From a virus, in IMG/VR virus record IMGVR_UViG_2935901341_000001, positions 7,424 to 71,423 of that record: DNA of 64,000 bases; one strand, given 5' to 3'. Positions 54,300-63,161 of this stretch are shown here, piece after piece. Within the stretch, counting starts at the first letter, position 1. Every line of letters begins with the position of its first letter. Both the position numbers and the translations under genes were made by a program. The notes beneath the pieces are model-generated. The model did not search any database. It saw only the letters and a program-made list of their open reading frames with translations, and was not told where the DNA came from.

Positions 54300-56533
54300 A
54301 ATGGCACCTCTACTTCCCCTCGCCGGAAGGCATCGATTTCCGGATCATCACTCGCATTGAAGATTTCCGCCTGGCGCTGCGGGTCCGCCTCCTTGCGGGG
54401 GAATGTGCGCGCGAAGCCTCGGATCGGCTTGCCGGTCCACCACATGTAAGGCGCGTCGTAGCCCATGATGCCGTACTTCTGCAGGCCGTCCCGAGCGGCC
54501 GCCACCGCCTTACGAACGCGCTCACGAGCCTTCTTCTTGTCCGGCTCCTCGACCATTTTCGAGACGACGAGGTCGGCATAGTCGGAATAACTGACGACGG
54601 TCTTGCCCACCGCGGCGATTGGACCGTCCATACGATCGGCCACGAGCTTGCCGTGCTTGTCGAGCGCCTCGAAAAAGTTGATGAGGAAGCGGCGCTCGGA
54701 CGGATTGACCGAGAAGCCCTCGGCCTGCTGGAGCTTCTTCAGCCGTTCTTTCTCGTTAACCGACAGCACGACGCATGAAGTGATGTCACGCTCGTTGGCT
54801 TCATCGTAGCCGACGATGACCTGCGCTAGCGAGAAGTCGATTTTCACGCCGTCCTCGTCATCCTTCTGCTTTGAGAGAACGAGCGTCCGGACCTTGGTGA
54901 CTTCGTCGTTGGTGACGGTGAGCACCTGGTCGACGTCGGCATACAGCGACGTGTGGCCACGTAACTTTTTGCCGTCCGCATTGAGGTGGTGCACGATCAT
55001 GACGTGACAGCCGCACTCGCTGGAGATCCGGTCAACATTCTCCATGATTATCGACACATCTTTGCCGCTGTTCTCGTCGGCGCCGGCGGTAGCTTTCGAG
55101 AATGTGTCTATGACGACAAGGCGCAGAGGCTGGCTCATGACCAGCTTCCAAGCATTGATCTCATCGATCAGCTTTTGCGTGTCACCCTCTTTCGAGAAGA
55201 GATCGACCCGCGACGGCATCAGATAGAATGGCACCTCCTCGGTTTCAGGTACCGCGAAATGCATGCGGTAGGCCTTCGCCCGCTTCTTTAGGCCGCGCGA
55301 GCCCTCGCCCACCTGATAAATGACTCCGCCCTGCTGAACCGGCCGGCCGAGAAATTCTTGACCGCGGGCGACGCACATAGCGAGGTGCAACGTGAGGAAA
55401 GTCTTGCCAGACCCAGACGGGCCGGCGACGACGGAGCGGTCGCCGACAGTCAACATGCCGTGGACTAGATATTCGAGGTCCTGCCCGGGCTGGTCCAGGT
55501 CATGCCACGACATGACGCCGAATTGCGAGCGCGGCGCCTCAGGCGACCACAGCGGCGCTTTGTCGATGAGGGCGCTTAACCGCTCGGCTGTACCGCCGCC
55601 CCTCTCCTTCCAGTCGGTGATATCTTCCTTCGGGCCACATTCCGGCCAGTGCTTGGCGATGTCGAGCACGCGCACGCTGAACGCCTTGCCGCGCAGCGCA
55701 GCCGCGCGCGCTTGGATGCGGTTGCGTCCGGTGTCATCGTTGTCGTTGCAGATGACGACATCGAGGCCGGCGAGCTCGTCGTCAAACTCAGGCTCCCAAT
55801 ATTTGGCCCCGCCGACGTTCGTGGTTCCGACGAATCCCCAATCGGTGACCGTGTCGGCATCCTTCTCCCCTTCCATAAGGAGAACGGTTCCGCCGCCCGC
55901 CTTTTTCATCTTGCGGATTTCGGCGAGATTGTAGAGGTACCGAGCGGCGTCGGGGAAATCTTCCTCGGTCTCGTATTTCCGGTCTTCCTTGGTCTTCCAC
56001 CAATTCGCCGTCTCGCCCTTCTTGACCTTCGATCTTCCGTAGCGGCCGGCCTGCAGGCCCCATACCCAGCCGCCTTTTGGATGCGGCCGGCGCTGCATGA
56101 ACCGTCGTGGCGCTGACTTCGGGAATTTCAGGACCTGGATGGCGAGCTTGCCGGCATCGTCGAAATATTCGTAGAAGGCGATCGGCTTTGGATCCATGAA
56201 GTCGGGAAAGCCGCCGGGGATATCGACGGGAGCGTGCTGCTTAGCAACAGGGTTTTCGCGGCTCTCGAGGTAGCCGTTGTCGACGAGCCACTCGATGGCC
56301 TCGCCTTTGCTTAATCCTTTGAACGCGCGCAGCAGCTCGATAACGCCGCCGCCCATCTGGTCCTCGTGGTCGTACCAAGTCGACTTTCCGAGATCGACGG
56401 CGATCGAGCCGTTCTTGCCCCAGCGCAGTTCCGAGCGCGAGGACAGATGCTTGTTCGGATCGCCTATCGTTTCTCCGAGGATCCGGCGCGCGACCGGCTC
56501 CATGATGGCTGCGAATTCTGCATTATCAGTCAC
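54296..56533 (-). CDS. Primase-helicase (TOPRIM + RecA/AAA_25 helicase)
   Basis: EGEKDAD, DND; GPSGSGKT, VVIDTFS, IVHH, LRGHTSL; start estimated at GTG 56533. Confidence 0.9.
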   Translation of the reverse strand: MTDNAEFAAIMEPVARRILGETIGDPNKHLSSRSELRWGKNGSIAVDLGKSTWYDHEDQMGGGVIELLRAFKGLSKGEAIEWLVDNGYLESRENPVAKQHAPVDIPGGFPDFMDPKPIAFYEYFDDAGKLAIQVLKFPKSAPRRFMQRRPHPKGGWVWGLQAGRYGRSKVKKGETANWWKTKEDRKYETEEDFPDAARYLYNLAEIRKMKKAGGGTVLLMEGEKDADTVTDWGFVGTTNVGGAKYWEPEFDDELAGLDVVICNDNDDTGRNRIQARAAALRGKAFSVRVLDIAKHWPECGPKEDITDWKERGGGTAERLSALIDKAPLWSPEAPRSQFGVMSWHDLDQPGQDLEYLVHGMLTVGDRSVVAGPSGSGKTFLTLHLAMCVARGQEFLGRPVQQGGVIYQVGEGSRGLKKRAKAYRMHFAVPETEEVPFYLMPSRVDLFSKEGDTQKLIDEINAWKLVMSQPLRLVVIDTFSKATAGADENSGKDVSIIMENVDRISSECGCHVMIVHHLNADGKKLRGHTSLYADVDQVLTVTNDEVTKVRTLVLSKQKDDEDGVKIDFSLAQVIVGYDEANERDITSCVVLSVNEKERLKKLQQAEGFSVNPSERRFLINFFEALDKHGKLVADRMDGPIAAVGKTVVSYSDYADLVVSKMVEEPDKKKARERVRKAVAAARDGLQKYGIMGYDAPYMWWTGKPIRGFARTFPRKEADPQRQAEIFNASDDPEIDAFRRGEVEVPF

Positions 56534-56843
56534 GGTCTGCACCACTCCTGACCCTGCTAACCTCAACTACCTTGCCGCCCTTACGAAACAGCCGCTCTGC
56601 CCGTTCCCGCCGAGCCAAGTGAATCGTGCCCCCGGTGATCTCACCGGAACTGACCAGGTTGCCGTTGAAATATGCGAGCACATGTCTCAAGGCCGCCTTC
56701 GTGGCTGTCAGCTCGTCGTCGAACCGCATTGGGTCGCCGCCCCTATTCAGGAGCGGCTTTGCCTCTGCATCGCGGGCGAAGCGAAGCATCGCACGCCAAC
56801 CGCCGCCACGGAGGGGACGTGCGTAGCCGTCGAACTCGTTCAT
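56526..56843 (-). CDS. Hypothetical protein
   Basis: Coupled in the operon. Confidence 0.7.
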   Translation of the reverse strand: MNEFDGYARPLRGGGWRAMLRFARDAEAKPLLNRGGDPMRFDDELTATKAALRHVLAYFNGNLVSSGEITGGTIHLARRERAERLFRKGGKVVEVSRVRSGADRD

Positions 56844-57496
56844 GCCGACAGCCTTTCGAGACGATAGCCGTCGCCCCTCGATGCGACGATCGTCCAGCCT
56901 CGCGGCTTCAGAACATCACGCCTCATCAACGAAACATTGTTGTGCACGATGCCGATAGCATCGTCCGGACCGCCGTCGGGGTGCTCTTCGAACAGCTTTC
57001 CCACGATCCTTTCTATCGGGACGACGGAGCCTGGTGCTCGGGCGAGAACTTCAAGGATGATGCGGAAGCGCTTTCGCATCGGCAGCTTCAGCAGATCTTC
57101 CGCACCGATCGCTTCCTCAAGAGCGGCGACCTGCAGGTCGTTCGCCTTCACGGCGGGCGCCGGCGCTCGGTCCGCGCCCGCGCGATAGATCTTCCAGGCT
57201 TCAAGGATCCGGACGACGGTCGGCTCGGAGACGCCGAGCGACTTCGCCAATGTCGCCGTGTCCCACTTTTCACCGGCGCGCAGCAGCAGCACCGCACCGA
57301 CGATAGCGTCCGGGTCAGCGTCGGATACCGGCATGCTTTTCTCACGCCCGCAGACGGCGGCGAAACCCATGTCGAAGATTTGGCCAGCCCACATAGCAGT
57401 GGCAATCTTCCGATCTTGGGCTTGCCGGTCGAGGGTGGCCTTGGCTCTCTCGGAAACCGTTATCTGCATCAGCACCATTTTCGACCGAAACGTCAT
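56840..57496 (-). CDS. Regulator with HTH and C-terminal OmpR-like winged helix
   Basis: TLAKSLGVSEPTV; IVHNNVSLMR...IVASRGDGYRL. Confidence 0.75.
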   Translation of the reverse strand: MTFRSKMVLMQITVSERAKATLDRQAQDRKIATAMWAGQIFDMGFAAVCGREKSMPVSDADPDAIVGAVLLLRAGEKWDTATLAKSLGVSEPTVVRILEAWKIYRAGADRAPAPAVKANDLQVAALEEAIGAEDLLKLPMRKRFRIILEVLARAPGSVVPIERIVGKLFEEHPDGGPDDAIGIVHNNVSLMRRDVLKPRGWTIVASRGDGYRLERLSA

Positions 57497-57819
57497 GCCG
57501 CCTCCTCCTTGTCGTTTATGATGCCCATCGCCATCGAGAACATGAGGACGGCCGCGGCCAGCTTGCGGCCGGCGTGCTTGTCCTCGGCGATGGCTGGATC
57601 GCTCGAGAAGGCCTTCCTCGCCGTCTCGACCACGCTATCCATGGTGAAAGTGCACTCGGCATCGACCGGCCGGTTCGGGAACTTTTCCTTGACGGCATCC
57701 CTGATGAGGCAGGTCGACCAGCGGCCATCGCCGTGCTCGACAAGGATCCTGCTGAGGCCTGGCTCCCCCAAAATCTGCAGTCCGAGAAGGCTTTCGCCGG
57801 GCACTGTCCCTTTAGGCAT
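57493..57819 (-). CDS. Hypothetical protein
   Basis: ATG 57819 overlapping the methylase stop. Confidence 0.65.
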   Translation of the reverse strand: MPKGTVPGESLLGLQILGEPGLSRILVEHGDGRWSTCLIRDAVKEKFPNRPVDAECTFTMDSVVETARKAFSSDPAIAEDKHAGRKLAAAVLMFSMAMGIINDKEEAA

Positions 57820-58393
57820 TAAACTTCCCTTTCTCGTCGCCCCAGGCCGTCCAGCCAGGGCGATTAAATCGGCTGAAGAGATCAAGGCGATTGGCCTTCG
57901 GCATCAACTTCTCAGCGGCTTGATAGGCCTCTTCCGGCTTTCTGGAGTGATCTCGTATGAGGCCGGTGAAGCCGGATCTGACGCTTTTTGATGTCCGCGG
58001 GCTGCCGCGAGTGCCGATCAGGAACGGCTCATTGGATCCGCGAAGGATGTAGCCCGTTCCGAAATTGATCTTCCCGTGTTTCGTGGTTTTGAGCCAAGTG
58101 CCGGCGGTCTTGAATTCGAAGCCCCACGCGCCCATCACTGCGAGCGCCTGCGGGATCATAGGGTTCAGTGCCCAGAGCCATAGGAGGCTGTCGTCAGCCG
58201 CCAGGTCGAGAACCGGCAGAGCCTTAATCTCGTCAAGCGACATGGTCCGATATTGTGCCTGCGGCGACTTTCCCTCGCCGGCCTCCGAATACATGCGGTA
58301 GGTCCATGCAGGATCAGCCATGATGAAATCGTAGGAGTGCGGCTGCAGTTCACCGAAAGGCCAGCCACCGAATAGAGGACCTGCGTGGATCAT
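57812..58393 (-). CDS. MT-A70 family adenine methyltransferase
   Basis: DPAW (DPPW variant), LWLW, WGFEFKT, HSRKP, LDLFSR. Confidence 0.88.
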   Translation of the reverse strand: MIHAGPLFGGWPFGELQPHSYDFIMADPAWTYRMYSEAGEGKSPQAQYRTMSLDEIKALPVLDLAADDSLLWLWALNPMIPQALAVMGAWGFEFKTAGTWLKTTKHGKINFGTGYILRGSNEPFLIGTRGSPRTSKSVRSGFTGLIRDHSRKPEEAYQAAEKLMPKANRLDLFSRFNRPGWTAWGDEKGKFNA

Positions 58394-58536
58394 CAGCGCA
58401 CCCGCTGGATAGAGGGGTGGCTGCCACTCAACTGTCTGCTGGCGTGCTGGAAGAGACCGTAAAAACCGAAGCCCAAGAACGTCGCCATCAGCAACGTGAG
58501 GAGGACAGTCGCGATATGACGCATCATCGTCTCCAT
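58393..58536 (-). CDS. 47-aa single-TM peptide (absent from the ORF track)
   Basis: METMMRHIATVLLTLLMATFLGFGFYGLF...; coupled to both neighbours. Confidence 0.5.
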   Translation of the reverse strand: METMMRHIATVLLTLLMATFLGFGFYGLFQHASRQLSGSHPSIQRVR

Positions 58537-58538
58537 GG

Positions 58539-59129
58539 TTAGAGCCTCTTTCTTGACGCGGCTTTGAGGAAGAGGTCGTCGACCGGCTGGGCGAGCTTCG
58601 GCGCAAGCTTAGCCTCAGCCCATGACCAGATCGCCAGAGCGTCGGACCGGTCATGCGACAAGTCCTCGTCGTCGGCGCTGATCCAACCAAGAGCGAGGCA
58701 TTTGCGAAAGACGATCGGCTTGGCGTCCTCGCCCTTCATGCCGCCATTACCGATGAAGTGCTTGCGGACGGTCGATGGCGTCGCATATTCCCACTCGTAG
58801 ACGCCGAGGCCGTAGGCCATGCCTCGCACGGCAGCCGGCAGGCCATAGAGTATTTCGAAGGCCGCGGTTGATGTCTGCCCCTGCTTCGAAGACGGCGCGA
58901 TCGGCATTTCACAGACGATGTTGGTTGGCCGGTAGTCCTCGATCGCGCCCGAGATGAAGCGCATGGCGTTCCAGAACTTGGCGCCGTTTGAGATCGGGCC
59001 GCCCTTCGGCGGGCCGCCGTCGCGTGTGAAATAGCGCGATCCTGATACAGGCTTTCCGCCGGCGACGCCGAAGCTCCAGCCAAAACGCGAGGCAAGATCG
59101 AGCGTAAGAATACGTGGAGCGTCGGACAT
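58539..59129 (-). CDS. RuvC-like Holliday junction resolvase
   Basis: LTLDLA, VCEMP, ATPSTVRKH, HDRSDALA. Confidence 0.85.
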   Translation of the reverse strand: MSDAPRILTLDLASRFGWSFGVAGGKPVSGSRYFTRDGGPPKGGPISNGAKFWNAMRFISGAIEDYRPTNIVCEMPIAPSSKQGQTSTAAFEILYGLPAAVRGMAYGLGVYEWEYATPSTVRKHFIGNGGMKGEDAKPIVFRKCLALGWISADDEDLSHDRSDALAIWSWAEAKLAPKLAQPVDDLFLKAASRKRL

Positions 59130-59270
59130 CGCTATTTTTCTGGTTGTTGATGGAAGCGATCGCTTCGGAAGCCCGACCCGCCGACGACTGCGGGCCGGGC
59201 TCCGACATGCCTTTGTTGCGCGATGGCATGTCGCCGGCGCTCAGGAGAGGGCGCCGTCCAATCTCAAAAT

Positions 59271-59750
59271 TCAGTGCGTGCTGCTGGCAGCTGCCTTTTC
59301 GGCGGCGGCGCCGGCTGCCTCCCAGGCGGCCTGCTCGTCATCGGTCATGTCACTCTTGACGGCATCGACGATCGCGGTGGTGCGATCGTCATCGCTGGTT
59401 TCCTCGCGTTCGACAGCTGCGGCTCCGAGGGGCAGATCGGCGAAATCGCCAAGCGCCTGGCGGATATCCTTGAAGATCTCCTGAGCATCGTTCTCAAGAT
59501 CCTCCATGAGGGAGTCGGCCTTACGCGAATACTCGCGCGCCTTCACGACAGCTTTCAGGACGTTTTTCGGTAAGCCTTGGGTCTTGCCGTCGTCGAGCAG
59601 CTCGGCCTGCGCTTTACGGATGCGCCGGCAGCGCTCCATGTAGCTCATCTTCTCGCGCAGGATCTCCTGCTCGAGCTGCTCATATTTGTCGACGAACGAA
59701 GCCATCTCTTCCGGCGTCGCACGATTTCTGCCTTCAAGTACCCTTGCCAT
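59271..59750 (-). CDS. GapR/DUF2312-like nucleoid-associated protein
   Basis: FVDKYEQLEQE...GLPKNVLKAVVKAR; acidic tail. Confidence 0.7.
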   Translation of the reverse strand: MARVLEGRNRATPEEMASFVDKYEQLEQEILREKMSYMERCRRIRKAQAELLDDGKTQGLPKNVLKAVVKAREYSRKADSLMEDLENDAQEIFKDIRQALGDFADLPLGAAAVEREETSDDDRTTAIVDAVKSDMTDDEQAAWEAAGAAAEKAAASSTH

Positions 59751-59761
59751 CGTTCGGCTCC

Positions 59762-60241
59762 TCAATGTCCATGCGGCGTGTAGGCAAGCCGCGAATGGCT
59801 GGTGCAGTAAAGATTTGCGGTCGACACGCCGCAGAAGATCGGCTCGTGGCCCTTGAAGCCGTTCACCGGCCAGTGACAGCTTTTGGCACCGAGGTTCTCG
59901 AGCGAAACAGGCGCAACTCCGTCGAGGGGATCGAAAGCCCGCGATTTAGCGATCGGTCCGAGGTCGACCATGTCAGGCGCAGGCTTTTGAACGCGATCTA
60001 CCTTCGGAGCCTGAGCCCTTTTCGCGGCGCGATTTCGCGCGGCGGAAACACTGGCGGGATTGGTCTGACCCTTTCCCAAAGCGATCTTGTTGCGCACGCA
60101 AAGGCCTATGATGGCGTTCCTGCTGACACCGGTGAAGCGTTTTGCAATCATATTGGCTGACAGGCCGCTGGCGGCCATCGGCCGAATAGCTTCCAGGCGC
60201 TGCTCTCTGCTGAGCTCAGACCATGCGGGATAGCCGCTCAT
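59762..60241 (-). CDS. gcrA: GcrA-like cell-cycle regulator
   Basis: W...GLSANMIA...VSRNAIIG; C-terminal CHWPV...FCG...YC..H..LAY. Confidence 0.88.
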   Translation of the reverse strand: MSGYPAWSELSREQRLEAIRPMAASGLSANMIAKRFTGVSRNAIIGLCVRNKIALGKGQTNPASVSAARNRAAKRAQAPKVDRVQKPAPDMVDLGPIAKSRAFDPLDGVAPVSLENLGAKSCHWPVNGFKGHEPIFCGVSTANLYCTSHSRLAYTPHGH

Positions 60242-60762
60242 GCTCGCACCTCGGCAGATAGGGATTGAACGACCTGGTGCTGATCGTCGGAGAGCGGGAC
60301 GCCGTGCTCAGCGAGCTTCCTCGCCATCTCAGCTGCGGCGCGCGCGAATTCGCGCCGCGCCTTGGCATTGCGTCGATGGGAAAGGGCCATACGGATTGCC
60401 ATCGCCTCATCATCCCAGAGACGCGACACCTCGCCGTTGAAGATCGAACGCACACGTCGCAGTGAGATATCCGGAGAGAAGCGTCGCAGGTCCGTTGCGA
60501 TCAGGGGATAGAGAACTTTGGCGGGCTGGCGGCCGGCGATCAGGTCGCCGAGCTCGCGAAGCATCGCCTGCGGGGAGGTACCAGACAACCCCTCCCCGCA
60601 CAGCTGCTCCTGGGAGGAACATGCGAAATTATCGTTGCTGGAAAGGCTTTCCAGCCGATTGGTCAACGTTTCCGGCACTTTGGAAACGAGAACTGGCACT
60701 CTCTTCGCATGAACTTGCGAAGGAGAAGATGATGAGACGAAGTCGAAAGCGAGCGCGGTCAT
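60238..60762 (-). CDS. CII-position regulatory protein
   Basis: ATGA overlap with cro; ISLRRVRSIFNGE HTH-like segment. Confidence 0.65.
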   Translation of the reverse strand: MTALAFDFVSSSSPSQVHAKRVPVLVSKVPETLTNRLESLSSNDNFACSSQEQLCGEGLSGTSPQAMLRELGDLIAGRQPAKVLYPLIATDLRRFSPDISLRRVRSIFNGEVSRLWDDEAMAIRMALSHRRNAKARREFARAAAEMARKLAEHGVPLSDDQHQVVQSLSAEVRA

Positions 60763-60974
60763 TGGGCTGCCACCGGAACATCGAAAAACCAGCTGTCGTT
60801 CCACGGGATGCCGCGCGACTTGGCGGCGTCCCGAATATTCTGCATCTCTTCGAGAGACGGCGAAGTGCCGTTCTCCCAACGAGAGACGGAGCCCTGCCGA
60901 ACTTTCGCAATCTCAGCGAACTCGGCCTGGCTGACCTTGAAGACTTTCGTGCGGATGTATCGGATCGGGTTCAT
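60759..60974 (-). CDS. Cro-like repressor
   Basis: SQAEFAEIAKVRQGSVSRWENG, divergent from CI. Confidence 0.9.
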   Translation of the reverse strand: MNPIRYIRTKVFKVSQAEFAEIAKVRQGSVSRWENGTSPSLEEMQNIRDAAKSRGIPWNDSWFFDVPVAAQ

Positions 60975-60981
60975 ACCGCAG

Positions 60982-61009
60982 ATATTATTCGCGAACGAAT
61001 TTTCTGCAA
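60982..61009 (-). promoter_or_regulatory. PR-like promoter with palindromic operator ATTCG-N4-CGAAT (60987-61000)
   Basis: TTGCAG-N16-TAATAT; perfect 5-bp inverted repeat in the spacer; weaker copies at 61019, 61031, 61043. Confidence 0.7.
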
Positions 61010-61059
61010 GCGAAAAATAATCTCAATCGAATTTTGTTGCGAATCCTTTTTCGGATAAA

Positions 61060-61722
61060 ATGATGATCATGCTGAAACCAATGGATAAAATCAGAAGGCT
61101 CATCGAAGCCAAGGGCTGGACGCAGCAGGAAGCGGCCGAGGCCTTCGACGTATCTCAGGCCACGATCTTTCGCTGGAAGGAAGGCAAGGCGGAGCCGGAA
61201 GGCCCGCATCGCGATCGGATCAATGCGGCCTACGAGCAACTGATCGGACTAAGCCCGAATGGCCGCGACGTGATGTTACCCGTGGGCATACCCGTTGAGG
61301 GCGTCATCCAGGCCGGCAACTGGCTCGACACGTCGCTGGTCGACGATGCGCCGGAGGATAGGCCGGTTCTGCCGATTGCTGCCGATCAGCGATTTCCGTA
61401 CGCGAAGCAGTATGCACTGGAGGTTCGCGGCGACTCGATGAATCGCGTTTTCGCTGACGGAAGCTTCGTAATTTGCGTGGATTACGCCCAAAGCGGCATC
61501 GAGATGCGCAGCGATCTGATCGTTCACGTCGAGCAGTGGCGACATGATCTGCGCGAAATCACCCTGAAGGCCATGATCAGCGATGGAGATCATTGGCGTC
61601 TCGAGCCTCGAAGCACAAACCCTGTGCACAAGCCGATCATCATGAACGGCGATCCGTCTGAGGATACCGAGGTTCGGGTTCGCGGCGTTGTCATCGGCAG
61701 CTACAGCCGCATCAACATATAA
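61060..61722 (+). CDS. cI: CI-like repressor (HTH + S24 peptidase)
   Basis: WTQQEAAEAFDVSQATIFRWKEG; AG cleavage site; GDSM; TLK. Confidence 0.93.
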   Translation: MMIMLKPMDKIRRLIEAKGWTQQEAAEAFDVSQATIFRWKEGKAEPEGPHRDRINAAYEQLIGLSPNGRDVMLPVGIPVEGVIQAGNWLDTSLVDDAPEDRPVLPIAADQRFPYAKQYALEVRGDSMNRVFADGSFVICVDYAQSGIEMRSDLIVHVEQWRHDLREITLKAMISDGDHWRLEPRSTNPVHKPIIMNGDPSEDTEVRVRGVVIGSYSRINI

Positions 61723-61749
61723 TTCCAAATAACAAAACTTATCTATCAG

Positions 61750-61867
61750 GGGGTGGCCCTATATGGGCCACCCCTAATGATATTTATATAAAAATATCCG
61801 CGCGACGATCTCTAAGGTTTTTATAAATATTCACGCGCGCGGGCGCGAGCTTCCGCCCATTTTCCGC
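61750..61867 (+). repeat. Second copy of the hairpin + TATAAATATT + CG-tract + TTCCGC element
   Basis: 10-bp-arm hairpin 61750-61774; TATAAATATTCACGCGCGCGGGCGCGAG; TTCCGC at 61851 and 61862. Confidence 0.75.
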
Positions 61868-61944
61868 TCCACAATGATTCGCCTTCGTTTGCAGGCGCTT
61901 AGGCGGTTTGATGAATTGAATTATTCATTCGCGGTTTTTTAGGC

Positions 61945-61972
61945 TTGACGCTAATTCGTTTGAGAATATTAT
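61945..61972 (+). promoter_or_regulatory. PL-like promoter with operator ATTCG-TTTG-AGAAT
   Basis: TTGACG-N16-TATTAT; operator 9/10 match at the same offset from -35 as in PR. Confidence 0.7.
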
Positions 61973-62050
61973 CTCGCTCATCCACCCGTTGAACTGCCAG
62001 CCCATAATTCGGGCTTGAATAGAACCCGGGGCCATCACACGGAAGAGCAG

Positions 62051-62236
62051 ATGTTGGACCAGTGCCGTCACACGAGCGTCGAGGAACAGCCAATCGCTGA
62101 CTGCATTCGCAGGTGGATGGCCGGCAACGCGCTCACCGAGCGCGAGCGCGACCTGGTCGACGACGCCATCTTCTGCAACCGACTTCAAATGATCGAATCC
62201 GTCTTCGAGGACCGGGAGGCAGACCATGTCGGTTGA
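62051..62236 (+). CDS. Small hypothetical protein, first gene of the recombination operon
   Basis: ATG 62051 with GGAAGAG upstream. Confidence 0.6.
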   Translation: MLDQCRHTSVEEQPIADCIRRWMAGNALTERERDLVDDAIFCNRLQMIESVFEDREADHVG

Positions 62237-63161
62237 ATGCACCCTCCCTGGCGATCGCGCCGACTGGCTGGATCTACGTCGCGGTTTCATCACCGCCTCG
62301 GTCGCCGGCGCGCTGCTACAGTGCCACCCCTACACGACGACCTACCAACTCTGGGCATTGAAGACCGGACGGCTGGACGAGGAGACCGAAGAGAACGATG
62401 CGATGCGCCGTGGCCGTCTGCTCGAGCCAGTCGCAGTCCAGATGCTCCGCGAAGAGCGGCCGACTTGGACGATCGACTACCGGGCGGACAATGCCTTCTA
62501 CAGCGATCGCGCCCTGCGTCTGGGCGCTACGCCCGACGCATTCGCCTACCGCCCCGATTTGGGCGGTCGCGGCATCGTCCAGTTCAAGACATCGTCCGAG
62601 GAAGCGTATCGGTCCGGTTGGATCGATCCGGAATCGGGAGCGGTCGAGGTGCCCCTATGGATCGCCGTGCAGGCGATCGTCGAGGCGAAGCTGACCGGCG
62701 CGGCATGGGCTGCCGTCGCTGTTCTAGTCGTCGGTCGCGGCATCCACATGGAGGTTATCGACATTCCCCTGCACCCGCAGGTGTGGCGTGCCCTTCTGTC
62801 GGCTACCGCTGAATTCTGGCGCGTCACCGACGCCGGCGAGCATCCCCCGGTCGACTGGGATCGCGATGGCTCCGCCGTTCTTGACGTCAACCGCTGGAGC
62901 GAGGCCAAACGGATCGATCTTTCTGGCGATGCCGACTTCGATCTCTTCGTCGGAAAGCTCGACACGACGCGTGAAGAGCGGCGGGCACTACAGAAGCGCG
63001 AGGAGCTGCTGCGCGCGCAGATCCTGTTTGCCATGAACTCGGCGGAAATCGCCACCAGCCGACGCTTTGAAGTTGTCGCACCAACCACGGTCCGCGCCGA
63101 CGGCGCAACCCAACGTCAAATCCGGATCAAACTGAAGGATCAGAGCAATGGACGCTTCTGA
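62226..63161 (+). CDS. YqaJ / lambda-Exo-like viral recombination exonuclease
   Basis: WLDLRR..ITAS, GRLLEP, GATPDA, VQFKT (E-to-Q variant of ExK). Confidence 0.88.
   Translation: MSVECTLPGDRADWLDLRRGFITASVAGALLQCHPYTTTYQLWALKTGRLDEETEENDAMRRGRLLEPVAVQMLREERPTWTIDYRADNAFYSDRALRLGATPDAFAYRPDLGGRGIVQFKTSSEEAYRSGWIDPESGAVEVPLWIAVQAIVEAKLTGAAWAAVAVLVVGRGIHMEVIDIPLHPQVWRALLSATAEFWRVTDAGEHPPVDWDRDGSAVLDVNRWSEAKRIDLSGDADFDLFVGKLDTTREERRALQKREELLRAQILFAMNSAEIATSRRFEVVAPTTVRADGATQRQIRIKLKDQSNGRF

Noticed and set aside
56672-57991. 439-aa plus-strand ORF
   Set aside because: Antisense to four coupled minus-strand genes; no recognisable domain.
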